A stretch of 64,000 nucleotides of DNA from a virus. The stretch is taken from IMG/VR virus record IMGVR_UViG_3300017752_000002. One strand, 5' to 3'. Position 1 is the first letter of the stretch. Each line of letters begins with the position of its first letter. The notes under the pieces are model-generated. The model was not told the DNA's origin. It did no database searches and saw nothing but the letters and a program-made list of their open reading frames with translations. Positions 48,709 through 58,401 of this stretch are shown here, piece by piece. Position numbers and translations under genes: made by a program.

Positions 48709-49374
48709 ATGAAAATTTCGAAAGAAACTTTGAGTGTCCTTAAGAACTTTGCCACTATTAATGGCAATATTCTTATTAAAGCTGGTAATCGTTTATCGAC
48801 TATATCAGCACAAAAAAATGTTATGGCTAGTACTACTGTCCAAGAAAACTTTGATGGTGAGTTTGGTATCTATGACTTAAATGAGTTTTTGGGTGTGTAT
48901 TCTTTATTTGATGCAGATCCTGAACTTGCCTTTGATGAAAAGTTTGTCACTGTAGCAAATGGTAAATCTAAAGTAAAATATTTTGCTGCCGATCCATCAG
49001 TTCTAGCATCGCCAACTAAAGATGCTCTTCCTGTTGATGCAGATATTGAATTCGACTTATCAAAAACTATGTATGATATGATTATGAAAACATCTTCAGT
49101 ATTGAGATCTGGTGATGTATCATTCATTGGTGATGGTTCGAATGTTAGTGTAGTTGTAGCTGATAAAAAGAATGCTACTTCTAACTCTTGGGATGCTACT
49201 TTGGGCACAACTGATAAAGTGTTTAAAGTAAATTTCAGGATTGATAATTTCAAAATGCTAGATGGGGATTATGTAGTTTCTATTTCTAAGAAAAGAATCT
49301 CTAAGTTTGCTTCTAAGATGAATGACTTGACTTACTTCATCGCAGTTGAAGCTGACTCTACTTTTGACTTTTAA
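48709..49374 (+). CDS. gp45: Sliding clamp gp45
   Basis: MKISKETLSVLKNFATIN, FGIYDLNEFL, YFIAVE. Confidence 0.95.
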   Translation: MKISKETLSVLKNFATINGNILIKAGNRLSTISAQKNVMASTTVQENFDGEFGIYDLNEFLGVYSLFDADPELAFDEKFVTVANGKSKVKYFAADPSVLASPTKDALPVDADIEFDLSKTMYDMIMKTSSVLRSGDVSFIGDGSNVSVVVADKKNATSNSWDATLGTTDKVFKVNFRIDNFKMLDGDYVVSISKKRISKFASKMNDLTYFIAVEADSTFDF

Positions 49375-49395
49375 TTTTACTGAGAGATTTATATT

Positions 49396-50334
49396 ATGGA
49401 TGACCAATTTATTTGGGTCGAGAAATACAGACCTAAGACTATTGAGGAGTGTGTCCTTCCTGACAGTTTAAGGGATACATTCAAAGAGTTTGTTGCTAGT
49501 GGGCAACTGCCGAACTTCCTGTTCTGTGGTACTGCTGGTGTCGGTAAAACTACTGTCGCCAAAGCACTATGCAACGAAGTCGGTGCTGAGTATCTGTTCA
49601 TTAATGGTTCCGAAGAATCTGGCATTGATGTGATACGAACAAAAATCAAAAACTTTGCTTCGTCGGTTTCCCTGACTGACTCAAAGAAAATCGTTATTCT
49701 TGATGAAGCTGATTATTTGAATCCGAACAGTACTCAGCCAGCACTGAGAGCATTTATCGAAGAGTTCTCTGGGAACTGCCGATTTATATTTACCTGTAAT
49801 TTTAAGAATAGGATTATTGAGCCACTTCACTCTAGATGTGCTGTGGTTGAGTTTAGGACTGATGCTAAGGATAAACCAGCAGTTGCTACAGCTTTCTATA
49901 AAAGAGTGGAGCATATTCTTAATACTGAGGGTGTGGACTTTGAGCAAAAAGCAGTTGTAGAAATTATACAAAAACATTATCCTGACTTCCGAAGGGTGCT
50001 GAACGAACTTCAAAGATATTCAGTATCTGGTAAGATAGATAGTGGCATTATGATTAATGTCAGTGAAGAGTCCTGGAATAATCTCTTTACACTTCTAAAG
50101 GATAAGAACTTCAAAGAGGTTCGTAAATGGGTCACTAAAAATAGTGATATTGAAACAACCCAATTATTTTCTGATATATTTAATAATGCTAATAACAAAC
50201 TAGAATCTGCTTCAGTTCCACAAATGGTTCTGATTCTCGCAGATTATCAGTATAAAGCAGCATTTGTCGCTGACCATGAACTTAATAAAATGGCAGCACT
50301 TACAGAGATAATGGCTTCCTGTAAGTTTAAATAA
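49396..50334 (+). CDS. gp44: Clamp loader large subunit gp44
   Basis: WVEKYRP, GTAGVGKTT, ILDEAD, PLHSRC. Confidence 0.96.
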   Translation: MDDQFIWVEKYRPKTIEECVLPDSLRDTFKEFVASGQLPNFLFCGTAGVGKTTVAKALCNEVGAEYLFINGSEESGIDVIRTKIKNFASSVSLTDSKKIVILDEADYLNPNSTQPALRAFIEEFSGNCRFIFTCNFKNRIIEPLHSRCAVVEFRTDAKDKPAVATAFYKRVEHILNTEGVDFEQKAVVEIIQKHYPDFRRVLNELQRYSVSGKIDSGIMINVSEESWNNLFTLLKDKNFKEVRKWVTKNSDIETTQLFSDIFNNANNKLESASVPQMVLILADYQYKAAFVADHELNKMAALTEIMASCKFK

Positions 50335-50717
50335 TGGCAAACCCTTTCCTTTATATTAACAACATAACTAACGACAAGAAGGATCTATTCCAGGATAATC
50401 CTCTTGCCGATAAGGATTATGTACCCTTTATTATTAATAGAGGTTTGAGTTATTTCCCTGACACAATAATGCAGTCCAACATGATGAACCAATATCATGA
50501 TATCCCGAAGTCTTGGCAATACTATTTTTTACTAAATACTATTACAAAAGGCAAAAGGTTCTCGAAGTGGCATAAAAATGAGAAGCAAACCGAGTCTTTG
50601 AAACTGGTTATGGAATATTATGGATATTCTCCAGAAAAGGCTCGTCAGGTGATGGATATATTAACAACTGACCAGATGAGCATTATTGAACAAAAACTAA
50701 ATAAAGGTGGTAAATAG
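50334..50717 (+). CDS. gp62: Clamp loader small subunit gp62
   Basis: YVPFIINRGLSYF, KGKRFSKW, VMEYYGYS. Confidence 0.92.
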   Translation: MANPFLYINNITNDKKDLFQDNPLADKDYVPFIINRGLSYFPDTIMQSNMMNQYHDIPKSWQYYFLLNTITKGKRFSKWHKNEKQTESLKLVMEYYGYSPEKARQVMDILTTDQMSIIEQKLNKGGK

Positions 50718-50719
50718 AC

Positions 50720-51136
50720 ATGTCAGTTGAAATGATACATTACGATTGGACTGCGGAGAAGATGCTTGAAGTCACACTCCCAGAGCCAGATAACTTTCTA
50801 AAAGTTAGAGAAACCCTAACTCGAATAGGAATATCTTCTCGCACAGAAAACAAACTATTTCAGTCTTGCCATATTTTACATAAACAAGGCAAGTATTTCA
50901 TAGTACATTTTAAAGAACTTTTCGCATTAGATGGTAAAGAATCTAATATAGCTAATAACGATATTGAGCGAAGGAATACTATTGCTGTTCTGCTACAAGA
51001 TTGGGAACTATTAAATATTGTAGATTCTAGTCAAGCTGAGCCAAAAGCATCCCTCTCTCAGATTAAGGTTTTATCCCATAAAGATAAATCTTCTTGGGAA
51101 TTAGTACCTAAATATAATATTGGGAAAAAGAAATAA
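50720..51136 (+). CDS. regA: Translational repressor RegA
   Basis: DNFLKVRETLTRIG, LFQSCHILHKQGKYFIVHFKELFALDG. Confidence 0.97.
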   Translation: MSVEMIHYDWTAEKMLEVTLPEPDNFLKVRETLTRIGISSRTENKLFQSCHILHKQGKYFIVHFKELFALDGKESNIANNDIERRNTIAVLLQDWELLNIVDSSQAEPKASLSQIKVLSHKDKSSWELVPKYNIGKKK

Positions 51137-51145
51137 GGAGAGTAA

Positions 51146-52399
51146 ATGGCTGACGCAAAGATTAGTGAACTTCCAGTATTAGCGACCCCAGAGTCCATTG
51201 ATAAATTACTGATTGTTGACACTTCCGAATCTACTACAAAACATATTACATATGGAAATCTAGTATCTGCATTACAGGGTGCGAATGTGACATTGGCATC
51301 ACTAGGAGATGTAAATACTACTGGACTTTCTAATGGTCAGGTTTTAAAATACAACGCATCTGCTGGGGAATGGCAACCTGGATCCGATACAGCTGGTATC
51401 TTATATACAGATTTATCAGCCATCAATGCTTCAGCATCTGGTACTGGATCTTTGGCATTTAATAATGTCACAGGTGTATTTACTAATACTCCACCTGACT
51501 TAACAGGATTTATTACAGCGTCTTCTACAGACACACTTACTAATAAGTCTGGAAATATTTCTATGTTCACTAATAATAGTGGATATATCACAGCATCTTC
51601 ATCTGATACTCTTACTAATAAAGCTGGTAATGTTGATATGTTTACCAATAATGCTGGCTACCTAACTGGAACATCTACTGATACTTTAACAAATAAAACT
51701 ATTGATGCTGATGGTACTGGCAACTCTATTTCAAATATTGAAGATGCTAATATAAAAGCATCTGCTGCGATTGACGCAACTAAGATTGCTGATGGAACTG
51801 TGACTAACACAGAGTTTCAACATATTAATAGTGTGACTGGAAATGTACAAACACAGATAAATGCGAAAGCAGATACTTCTTCGCTGGCAGCATCGGCAAC
51901 TACTGATACAACTAATGCTACTAATATAGCAAGTGGTACTTTAAACAAAGCTAGATTGCCTTCATCTATTGATGCAGATACTACTGGGAATGCTCTAACA
52001 GCAACCACTGCTACAACTGCTACTAACTCAACAAATTTACCATCTACAGCTTTAGGAGATAATCAGTCTTATGCTTTCCTATACTATTTCAATGATTTAG
52101 CTGGTACAACTCCAGACTTTATTAATGTTGGAAATACTGTATCTGGTGACAAACTTTGGTATCATACTGGAACTATAAGCACAAGTGACTTGGGTCCAGG
52201 ATATACAAGCAATTATTCGCCACCCAATACTGCTTCAGGTTTAAACCCTGGAGACGCAGGTGGTTTGAACAGCTGGGCACAAATAGATTCTACAGGTAAT
52301 AGCACTTGGAGAAATATGGGTCCACAGCAAGCAACATCGTACGATCCTGCAGGAGCTGACTGGTACAAAGTGCCAGCATTATTCGTGAGGGTCTCGTAA
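51146..52399 (+). CDS. Tail-fibre-like virion protein inside the replication module
   Basis: MADAKISELP start, LGDV...GQVLKYN...W motif, TLTNKT repeats. Confidence 0.75.
   Translation: MADAKISELPVLATPESIDKLLIVDTSESTTKHITYGNLVSALQGANVTLASLGDVNTTGLSNGQVLKYNASAGEWQPGSDTAGILYTDLSAINASASGTGSLAFNNVTGVFTNTPPDLTGFITASSTDTLTNKSGNISMFTNNSGYITASSSDTLTNKAGNVDMFTNNAGYLTGTSTDTLTNKTIDADGTGNSISNIEDANIKASAAIDATKIADGTVTNTEFQHINSVTGNVQTQINAKADTSSLAASATTDTTNATNIASGTLNKARLPSSIDADTTGNALTATTATTATNSTNLPSTALGDNQSYAFLYYFNDLAGTTPDFINVGNTVSGDKLWYHTGTISTSDLGPGYTSNYSPPNTASGLNPGDAGGLNSWAQIDSTGNSTWRNMGPQQATSYDPAGADWYKVPALFVRVS
51512..51700 (+). repeat. In-frame 75 nt (25 aa) tandem repeat, ~2.5 copies
   Basis: ITASSTDTLTNKSGNISMFTNNSGY / ITASSSDTLTNKAGNVDMFTNNAGY / LTGTSTDTLTNKT. 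Confidence 0.85.
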
Positions 52400-52509
52400 A
52401 ATAATTTATATAAAGGACTTGAAATTTTTGTAATGATACCTATATATAATGTAGAGAGAATGCCATAATGGGTTCTCGTAAATTAAACTCGCTTCATAAG
52501 GAGGAAAAT

Positions 52510-52935
52510 ATGACGCATTATAATCTATGGAGGGACAGCAGACTTGCTCCCTTTTCAATCGGCTTCGACAATTTATTCGATACATTCGATAGAGTCGGAG
52601 AAATCCACAAACAAGAAACTTATCCACCATACAATATCAAAAGACTCAGCGATGAGAAGTTTGCTATTGAAATGGCTGTGGCTGGGTTTTCTAAAAAAGA
52701 TATTACAGTTGAACATCAGGAGAACACTTTGACTATTAAGTCGGTGCCTTCTGAAGAAACAACTGAAGAAGAATATGTACATAGAGGTATCTCTAAGAGA
52801 AACTTTGCTCGTACATTTACAGTTGCTGATGATGTTATAGTCAAAGGTGGCACTCTAAAAGATGGAATGCTTTCCGTCGAACTCGAAAGGATTATTCCTG
52901 AAGAGAAGAAACTTAAAGTCATCGACATTAAGTAA
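52510..52935 (+). CDS. hsp20: Small heat-shock protein Hsp20
   Basis: YPPYNI, IEMAVAGF, YVHRGISKRNF, LKDGML; GGAGG RBS before ATG 52510. Confidence 0.95.
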   Translation: MTHYNLWRDSRLAPFSIGFDNLFDTFDRVGEIHKQETYPPYNIKRLSDEKFAIEMAVAGFSKKDITVEHQENTLTIKSVPSEETTEEEYVHRGISKRNFARTFTVADDVIVKGGTLKDGMLSVELERIIPEEKKLKVIDIK

Positions 52936-52945
52936 TTAACCAAGA

Positions 52946-52967
52946 CTCCCCAGCCGATGCTGGGGAG
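52946..52967 (+). other. Strong GC hairpin after hsp20 (no U tract)
   Basis: CTCCCCAGC-CGAT-GCTGGGGAG. Confidence 0.7.
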
Positions 52968-52992
52968 CACCACTTTAATATGGAGATATATT

Positions 52993-53307
52993 ATGAAAGA
53001 TGAAAATATCAAATTGTTTATGATGAACTCAGGTGAGATTATCGTAGCAGAAATAGTCGACTTCGGTGTTGAGCAATATGAATGTAAAGTTCCAAGTATG
53101 CTAGTCACCGATAACCCTAATGACCAAGGAAAATCACAAGTAGGATTAGCACCTTATTGCCCATATGGCGATCCAGCTAATTCTATCATATTTTACAAAA
53201 CAGCTATACAGTCTGTTGTAATTCCAACCCAACAATTAAAAGACGAATATAAGAGAATATGGGGAAGTCCTAGTATTATGACTCCCGAAAAAAAATTAAT
53301 TGTATAA
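52993..53307 (+). CDS. Conserved hypothetical protein (Sm-like) before gp43
   Basis: GGAG RBS; KLFMMNSGEIIVAE pattern. Confidence 0.7.
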   Translation: MKDENIKLFMMNSGEIIVAEIVDFGVEQYECKVPSMLVTDNPNDQGKSQVGLAPYCPYGDPANSIIFYKTAIQSVVIPTQQLKDEYKRIWGSPSIMTPEKKLIV

Positions 53308-53308
53308 C

Positions 53309-53337
53309 TTTACTTTTAAACAAATCTAGAGTAGAGT
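53309..53337 (+). promoter_or_regulatory. Sigma70-type promoter (gp43)
   Basis: TTTACT-17-TAGAGT, 7 nt before ATG. Confidence 0.7.
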
Positions 53338-53344
53338 TGTATTA

Positions 53345-55828
53345 ATGAAGTTTTATACAAATGTTCATCCCCATGGTAATCAGCTTCTAGTCAGATATAT
53401 TTCTGGCACGAAGCGAAAAGCCGAGAAGATACCTTTCAAACCCAGTGTATGGGTCACAAAAGGTAAAGGCGAAACACCATACAAAACTCTTAAAGGGCAT
53501 CCTGCTTATAAAATCCAACAAGGATCTATAAAGGATGCTAAAGACTTTGTACACCGATACAATGATGTTATGGAAGTACATGGTCAAACTCAGTGGCATT
53601 ACCAATATATGCATGATGAGTTTAAGGATGATATTGAATGGGATAAAGAACTTATTAAGATTTGGTCAATAGATATTGAGACTGAAACTGAAGAAGGATT
53701 CCCTAATATTGAACGAGCCAACGAGAAACTTCTACTAATTACTTTACAAGATAATCATTCAAAAGAGATTATTACTTTCGGCACTAAAGAATATACAGGT
53801 GACGAAAAGCAACATAATAACTGGCGATATGTATATTGTCGTGATGAAAAGATTTTATTTCACAAGTTCCTAGATTACTGGATTGAAAATTATCCTGATG
53901 TAATTACAGGTTGGAACTCTCAGTTTTTTGACCTCGCATATTTATGGCGAAGAATGTGTCATGTAATTGGCGAAGACCATGCTCGTAGATTGTCTCCTTG
54001 GAAAATTGTACATGAACGAGAGATATTCGTAAAAGGTAATAAAGAGTTCGCCATAGCAATCGCAGGTATTGCTCAACTTGATTATCTTGACCTCTATAAA
54101 AAATATACTTACACAGCACAAGAATCTTATCGTCTAGATAATATTGCCTTCGTTGAACTTGGTCAAAAGAAACTTGACCATAGTGAGTACGCAACATTCT
54201 CAGAGTTCTATAGAAATGATTGGAATAAATTTGTTGATTATAATGTTATTGATACAGTATTAGTTGACAGGCTAGAAGATAAAATGAAGCTGATTGAACT
54301 TCAGCTTACTATGGCATATAATGCTAAGATTAATTATGATGATGTATTTTCTCAGGTTCGTATGTGGGATATGATTGTTCACAATTATCTGATGAAAGTA
54401 AATGTGGTAATACCACCGAAATCTAATGAAGATAAAAAGACTAAGTTTGAAGGAGCATTCGTAAAAGAGCCATTGATTGGTTTACATAAATGGGTTGCTT
54501 CATTTGACTTGAACTCGCTGTATCCCCATTTAATTATGCAATATAATATATCTCCCGAAACTCTACAACCTGAGTCTGTAGAAAAAGGAGTTGAGCATTA
54601 TCTTAAAAACCCTGCCATAGATTCGGAGTTTGCTGTTGCTGCCAATGGCTCTCAATATAGAAAAGATTTCAGAGGTGTATTCCCTAGTATTATGGAAGAC
54701 TTCTATAATCAAAGGAAGATCGCTAAGAAAGAGATGCTTCAAGCACAGCAATTATATGAGGATGAGAAAGATACTCGTCAGCTAAAAGTTATATCAAGTA
54801 AGAATAATTATCAGATGGGTTTGAAGATTGCTCTTAACTCAGCTTATGGTGCACTTGGTAATCAATACTTCAGATACTTTAATTTAAAAATGGCTGAAGC
54901 TATTACTACTTCTGGTCAATTATCTATTCGTTGGATACACGATAGAATGAATGAATATCTCAACAAGATAATCGGTACAGAAAACGAAGATTATATTATC
55001 GCTGTTGATACAGATTCTATATATGTGACATTCGAAAAACTTGTAGATAAAGTTATGGGAGATAAACAATCTGACATAAATAAAACCATCAAGTTCCTAG
55101 ACACTATATGTAATGATAAATTTATGCCATATATAAATGAACAATATTCTGAACTGGCTAATAGGCAAAATGCCTTTGCTAACAAGATGGTTATGGAAAG
55201 AGAAGTTCTAGCTGATAAAGGTTTATGGACTGCGAAAAAAAGGTATGTTCTTTCAGTGTATAATTCTGAAGGTGTGTCCTATAAAAAACCTAAGATGAAA
55301 ATTATGGGACTAGAGATGATTAAATCTTCTACTCCCTATGCTGTTCGTGAACTTCTAAAGGGTGTGATACCAGTTATCCTACATGGTGATAATAATGAAC
55401 TCTTCAAATATATTGAAGAGACTAGAAACTATTTCAACTCTTTACCTATTGAAGAGATTTCCTTCCCTAGATCTGTAAATGGTCTCAGCAACTATAAAGA
55501 TTCTATGAGCATATATAGGAAAGCAACTCCTATTCATGTCAGAGGTGCTTTACTTTATAATCATTATTTGAAAGAAAAGAACATAGACCTAAGATACAAT
55601 GATATTAAAGAGGGTGAGAAAATTAAATTCGTTTACTTGAAAAAACCTAATGTCATCAGGGAGAATGTTATATCCTTCCTAGATGTTGTTCCTAAAGAGT
55701 TCGGCATACATGATTATGCTGATTATGACTTGATGTTTGAAAAGGTATTCTTAGATCCAGTCGATATCATGATACAATCACTTGGATGGAAAGTAAAGCA
55801 AACAGCCAGTCTTGAGGATTTCTTTTAA
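53345..55828 (+). CDS. gp43: Family B DNA polymerase gp43
   Basis: DIET exonuclease, FDLNSLYP, KIALNSAYG, DTDS; C-terminal SLEDFF. Confidence 0.98.
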   Translation: MKFYTNVHPHGNQLLVRYISGTKRKAEKIPFKPSVWVTKGKGETPYKTLKGHPAYKIQQGSIKDAKDFVHRYNDVMEVHGQTQWHYQYMHDEFKDDIEWDKELIKIWSIDIETETEEGFPNIERANEKLLLITLQDNHSKEIITFGTKEYTGDEKQHNNWRYVYCRDEKILFHKFLDYWIENYPDVITGWNSQFFDLAYLWRRMCHVIGEDHARRLSPWKIVHEREIFVKGNKEFAIAIAGIAQLDYLDLYKKYTYTAQESYRLDNIAFVELGQKKLDHSEYATFSEFYRNDWNKFVDYNVIDTVLVDRLEDKMKLIELQLTMAYNAKINYDDVFSQVRMWDMIVHNYLMKVNVVIPPKSNEDKKTKFEGAFVKEPLIGLHKWVASFDLNSLYPHLIMQYNISPETLQPESVEKGVEHYLKNPAIDSEFAVAANGSQYRKDFRGVFPSIMEDFYNQRKIAKKEMLQAQQLYEDEKDTRQLKVISSKNNYQMGLKIALNSAYGALGNQYFRYFNLKMAEAITTSGQLSIRWIHDRMNEYLNKIIGTENEDYIIAVDTDSIYVTFEKLVDKVMGDKQSDINKTIKFLDTICNDKFMPYINEQYSELANRQNAFANKMVMEREVLADKGLWTAKKRYVLSVYNSEGVSYKKPKMKIMGLEMIKSSTPYAVRELLKGVIPVILHGDNNELFKYIEETRNYFNSLPIEEISFPRSVNGLSNYKDSMSIYRKATPIHVRGALLYNHYLKEKNIDLRYNDIKEGEKIKFVYLKKPNVIRENVISFLDVVPKEFGIHDYADYDLMFEKVFLDPVDIMIQSLGWKVKQTASLEDFF

Positions 55829-55848
55829 ATTCAAAGACTTAGCAGAGG

Positions 55849-55877
55849 TTTACTTTTAAGTTTTTTAAGAGTAGAAT
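55849..55877 (+). promoter_or_regulatory. Sigma70-type promoter
   Basis: TTTACT-17-TAGAAT. Confidence 0.7.
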
Positions 55878-55884
55878 GATGATA

Positions 55885-56184
55885 ATGAATAAAGTAATAG
55901 CTATATTGATGATGCTTGGAGTCACTATGTGTTCTCCTCCAGCCTATACTGCACCTTTGACTAAGGTTGTAGCATATGGTCCAAACTGTACTACAGAGAC
56001 GACTCAGGTTGTCCAAAATGGTATTATAGTTAAGGAGATAACTACTAGAACATGTAAGGAAGAAACTAAGCAGGGAAAACAAAAGTTTGACCCAGATGCT
56101 AACGCAACTGATGCCCTATTATATGAGGGTGCTCAGTTATTAATGTATTCTGTATTCGTGAAGCTAATTACGGAAATGAACTAG
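55885..56184 (+). CDS. Hypothetical exported protein
   Basis: Signal-peptide-like MNKVIAILMMLGVTMC; ATG 55885 fits the promoter. Confidence 0.6.
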   Translation: MNKVIAILMMLGVTMCSPPAYTAPLTKVVAYGPNCTTETTQVVQNGIIVKEITTRTCKEETKQGKQKFDPDANATDALLYEGAQLLMYSVFVKLITEMN

Positions 56185-56198
56185 GAGATAACTATATT

Positions 56199-56318
56199 AT
56201 GAAATATATTATTGGAGTTGCTATCGGGATTGGGATTACTTACTTCTATCCTGAAATGGCAAATAACATAATTGAAATCGTGAAGGAGGTTTATAATGTC
56301 ATCATTTCAAAATTTTAA
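56199..56318 (+). CDS. Small membrane protein (39 aa)
   Basis: AGGAG RBS; MKYIIGVAIGIGITYFYPEMANNIIEIVKEVYNVIISKF. Confidence 0.55.
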   Translation: MKYIIGVAIGIGITYFYPEMANNIIEIVKEVYNVIISKF

Positions 56319-56859
56319 AATCTTACTAATCTCAGGTATGCTGGTATTTTTGGCAGCATGTTCTACTACTAAGATTGCCACTGAAGCAAATCGTGATGGT
56401 GTTCTTAATAAAGTGCCGACTTGGTACTTAGACGCAGAAGTAGAAAAAGGATTAATTAGAAACAGGGATGCCGAAGAATTTATTTATGGTGTCGGCTCTT
56501 CAGTTTCTTACGATCTTCAGTTTGCTCTTGATAAAGCTACTACTATCGCAAAGTCGGATTTAGCTGACCAAGTGAATGGCAGGATTACTCAAAATGAGAG
56601 TATATATAAAGAAGAAGGATCTGGTGAAGGTGAAGACTTAATGGTTGAAAGATCTACAAGTCAAACTAACAACATAATCACTCCTACTTCTCTTCCTGGA
56701 TATGAAGAGTGGAACAAAGATGTATTCATTACAGCTGATGGGTTGTATCGAGTATATGTCGGATTGAAATGGTCTGAAACAAATAATAGGTTGGCACCTA
56801 ACATTAAGATGCAAAAGTTAGAGCCAGTAGAATCTAAACCTATTGACGCATCTATTTAA
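56296..56859 (+). CDS. Lipoprotein (LPP20-like)
   Basis: Lipobox LAAC; VPTWY...YGVGSS...ALDKA..AK..LA pattern. Confidence 0.75.
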   Translation: MSSFQNFKILLISGMLVFLAACSTTKIATEANRDGVLNKVPTWYLDAEVEKGLIRNRDAEEFIYGVGSSVSYDLQFALDKATTIAKSDLADQVNGRITQNESIYKEEGSGEGEDLMVERSTSQTNNIITPTSLPGYEEWNKDVFITADGLYRVYVGLKWSETNNRLAPNIKMQKLEPVESKPIDASI

Positions 56860-56876
56860 CTAAAGGAGAAAATTAT

Positions 56877-57920
56877 ATGGTTGGGTATTTAAACGACCTT
56901 ATAGATAATCTCGATAACGAGTACGCAGGACTTGCGGAAAATGCTCTAGACTCTGATGTCGGTTTTGTTGACACAGGGTCTTACGCATTTAATGCTTTAT
57001 TGAGTGGTTCTATTTATGGTGGACTTCCAGGAAACAAGGTGACTGCCCTTGCTGGTGAGAGTTCTACAGGTAAAACTTTTTTCGCTCTAGGAGTTGCTAA
57101 AAACTTCCTAGACATGGATAAAGAAGCAGGTGTTATATATTTTGAAACAGAGGGTGCACTTACTAAGCAAATCCTTGAAGATAGAGATATTGACACAAAC
57201 AGATTTGTTATTGTACCAGTGACAACTATTCAAGAGTTTCGTACTCAAGCTGTGCGTATTCTTGAAAATCATAAAACTGTACCTGAACAGGCAAGGAAAC
57301 CTATCCTATTTTGTTTAGACTCTTTGGGTATGCTCTCTACAAATAAAGAAGTAGCAGATGTAGCAGAGGGTAAGGATACTCGTGATATGACGAGAGCACA
57401 ATTAGTTAGAGGTGCTTTCAGAGTATTGAGTCTAAAACTCGCACAGCTTGATGTACCAATGATTGTGACCAATCATACTTTCGATGTTATAGGATCTTAT
57501 GTACCTATGAAAGACATGGGTGGTGGAGGTGGCTTAAAATATGCTGCATCTACAATCGTGTTCTTGGGTAAAAGTAAAGATCGTGATGGTACAGAAATCG
57601 TGGGCAATATTATTAAAGCAACTACTCAGAAGTCTAGATTTACTAAGGAGCAAATGAAAGTTGAATGTAAACTTAATTTTGAAACAGGTTTATCTAGATA
57701 TCATGGACTTACCGACCTTGCTGTTGAAGCAGGTATCTGGGAAAGTGCTGGTGGTCGTATTACTGTAGATGGTAAAAAAGTATTTGGTAAAGTTATTATG
57801 AAAGAGCCAGAAAAGTTTTTTACTGAAGAAGTATTAAAACAGATTGACGAACACTGTAAATCTAAATTTATGTATGGGACTGAAAGTGAGCAAGAAACCG
57901 AAGATAATACAGGGGAATAA
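56877..57920 (+). CDS. uvsX: RecA-like recombinase UvsX
   Basis: GESSTGKT, LDSLGML, MGGGGGLKYAAS. Confidence 0.96.
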   Translation: MVGYLNDLIDNLDNEYAGLAENALDSDVGFVDTGSYAFNALLSGSIYGGLPGNKVTALAGESSTGKTFFALGVAKNFLDMDKEAGVIYFETEGALTKQILEDRDIDTNRFVIVPVTTIQEFRTQAVRILENHKTVPEQARKPILFCLDSLGMLSTNKEVADVAEGKDTRDMTRAQLVRGAFRVLSLKLAQLDVPMIVTNHTFDVIGSYVPMKDMGGGGGLKYAASTIVFLGKSKDRDGTEIVGNIIKATTQKSRFTKEQMKVECKLNFETGLSRYHGLTDLAVEAGIWESAGGRITVDGKKVFGKVIMKEPEKFFTEEVLKQIDEHCKSKFMYGTESEQETEDNTGE

Positions 57921-58365
57921 TCCTAAAGAGTACCAACCAATCCACTCTGCTAATGATTATGTATCTGAAGAAGATTACTTAAAAGCAAAAGAGGAATGGG
58001 AAAAGGAAAACTATCATACTGACAAGTTGAGAGATACAGGTCAGCAACAACTTCCACATACAGTATTAGAAGAAACCAACGAACAAGGTTTCATGAAACT
58101 TAAAGTCAATCAAGGCATCCTAGAAGATAAAATAGTTTCCTTTGGTAAAGTTTCTTTTCAACCCACTGAAGATGGTACTATTAAACTTGACTATAATTAT
58201 GAGATAGATGGTCCAGATAAATATAGACCAGTACCAAAGGTTGAAGTTGAGAAAATACTTGGCGACTTCCTAATGGCTATGATAAAAGAACAAATGGCTG
58301 AAAAAGCAGTTCTTTTTAGAGGTGGCGAGGATGAAATGAAGGAAGCATTAGGAGAAGATGCCTAG
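57886..58365 (+). CDS. Hypothetical protein, possibly gp40-like
   Basis: Position between uvsX and gp41; start uncertain (GTG 57886). Confidence 0.5.
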   Translation: MSKKPKIIQGNNPKEYQPIHSANDYVSEEDYLKAKEEWEKENYHTDKLRDTGQQQLPHTVLEETNEQGFMKLKVNQGILEDKIVSFGKVSFQPTEDGTIKLDYNYEIDGPDKYRPVPKVEVEKILGDFLMAMIKEQMAEKAVLFRGGEDEMKEALGEDA

Positions 58366-58366
58366 T

Positions 58367-58395
58367 TTGACATTTAACTTTTTTACAGGTAGAAT
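58367..58395 (+). promoter_or_regulatory. Sigma70-type promoter (gp41)
   Basis: TTGACA-17-TAGAAT, 6 nt before ATG. Confidence 0.8.
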
Positions 58396-58401
58396 CTAAC
58401 T

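Noticed and set aside
15598-52399. Diversity-generating retroelement acting on fibre repeats
   Set aside because: No reverse transcriptase; duplicated modules differ at all base types, not only adenines.
52419-52450. Sigma70 promoter upstream of hsp20 (TTGAAA...TATAAT)
   Set aside because: Spacing (20 nt to TATAAT) does not fit the 17 nt pattern of the other promoters; plausible but not supportable.
52946-52972. Hairpin followed by CACCA as a tRNA-like minihelix
   Set aside because: Two unpaired bases precede CCA and there is no T-loop; more likely a stability/processing hairpin.
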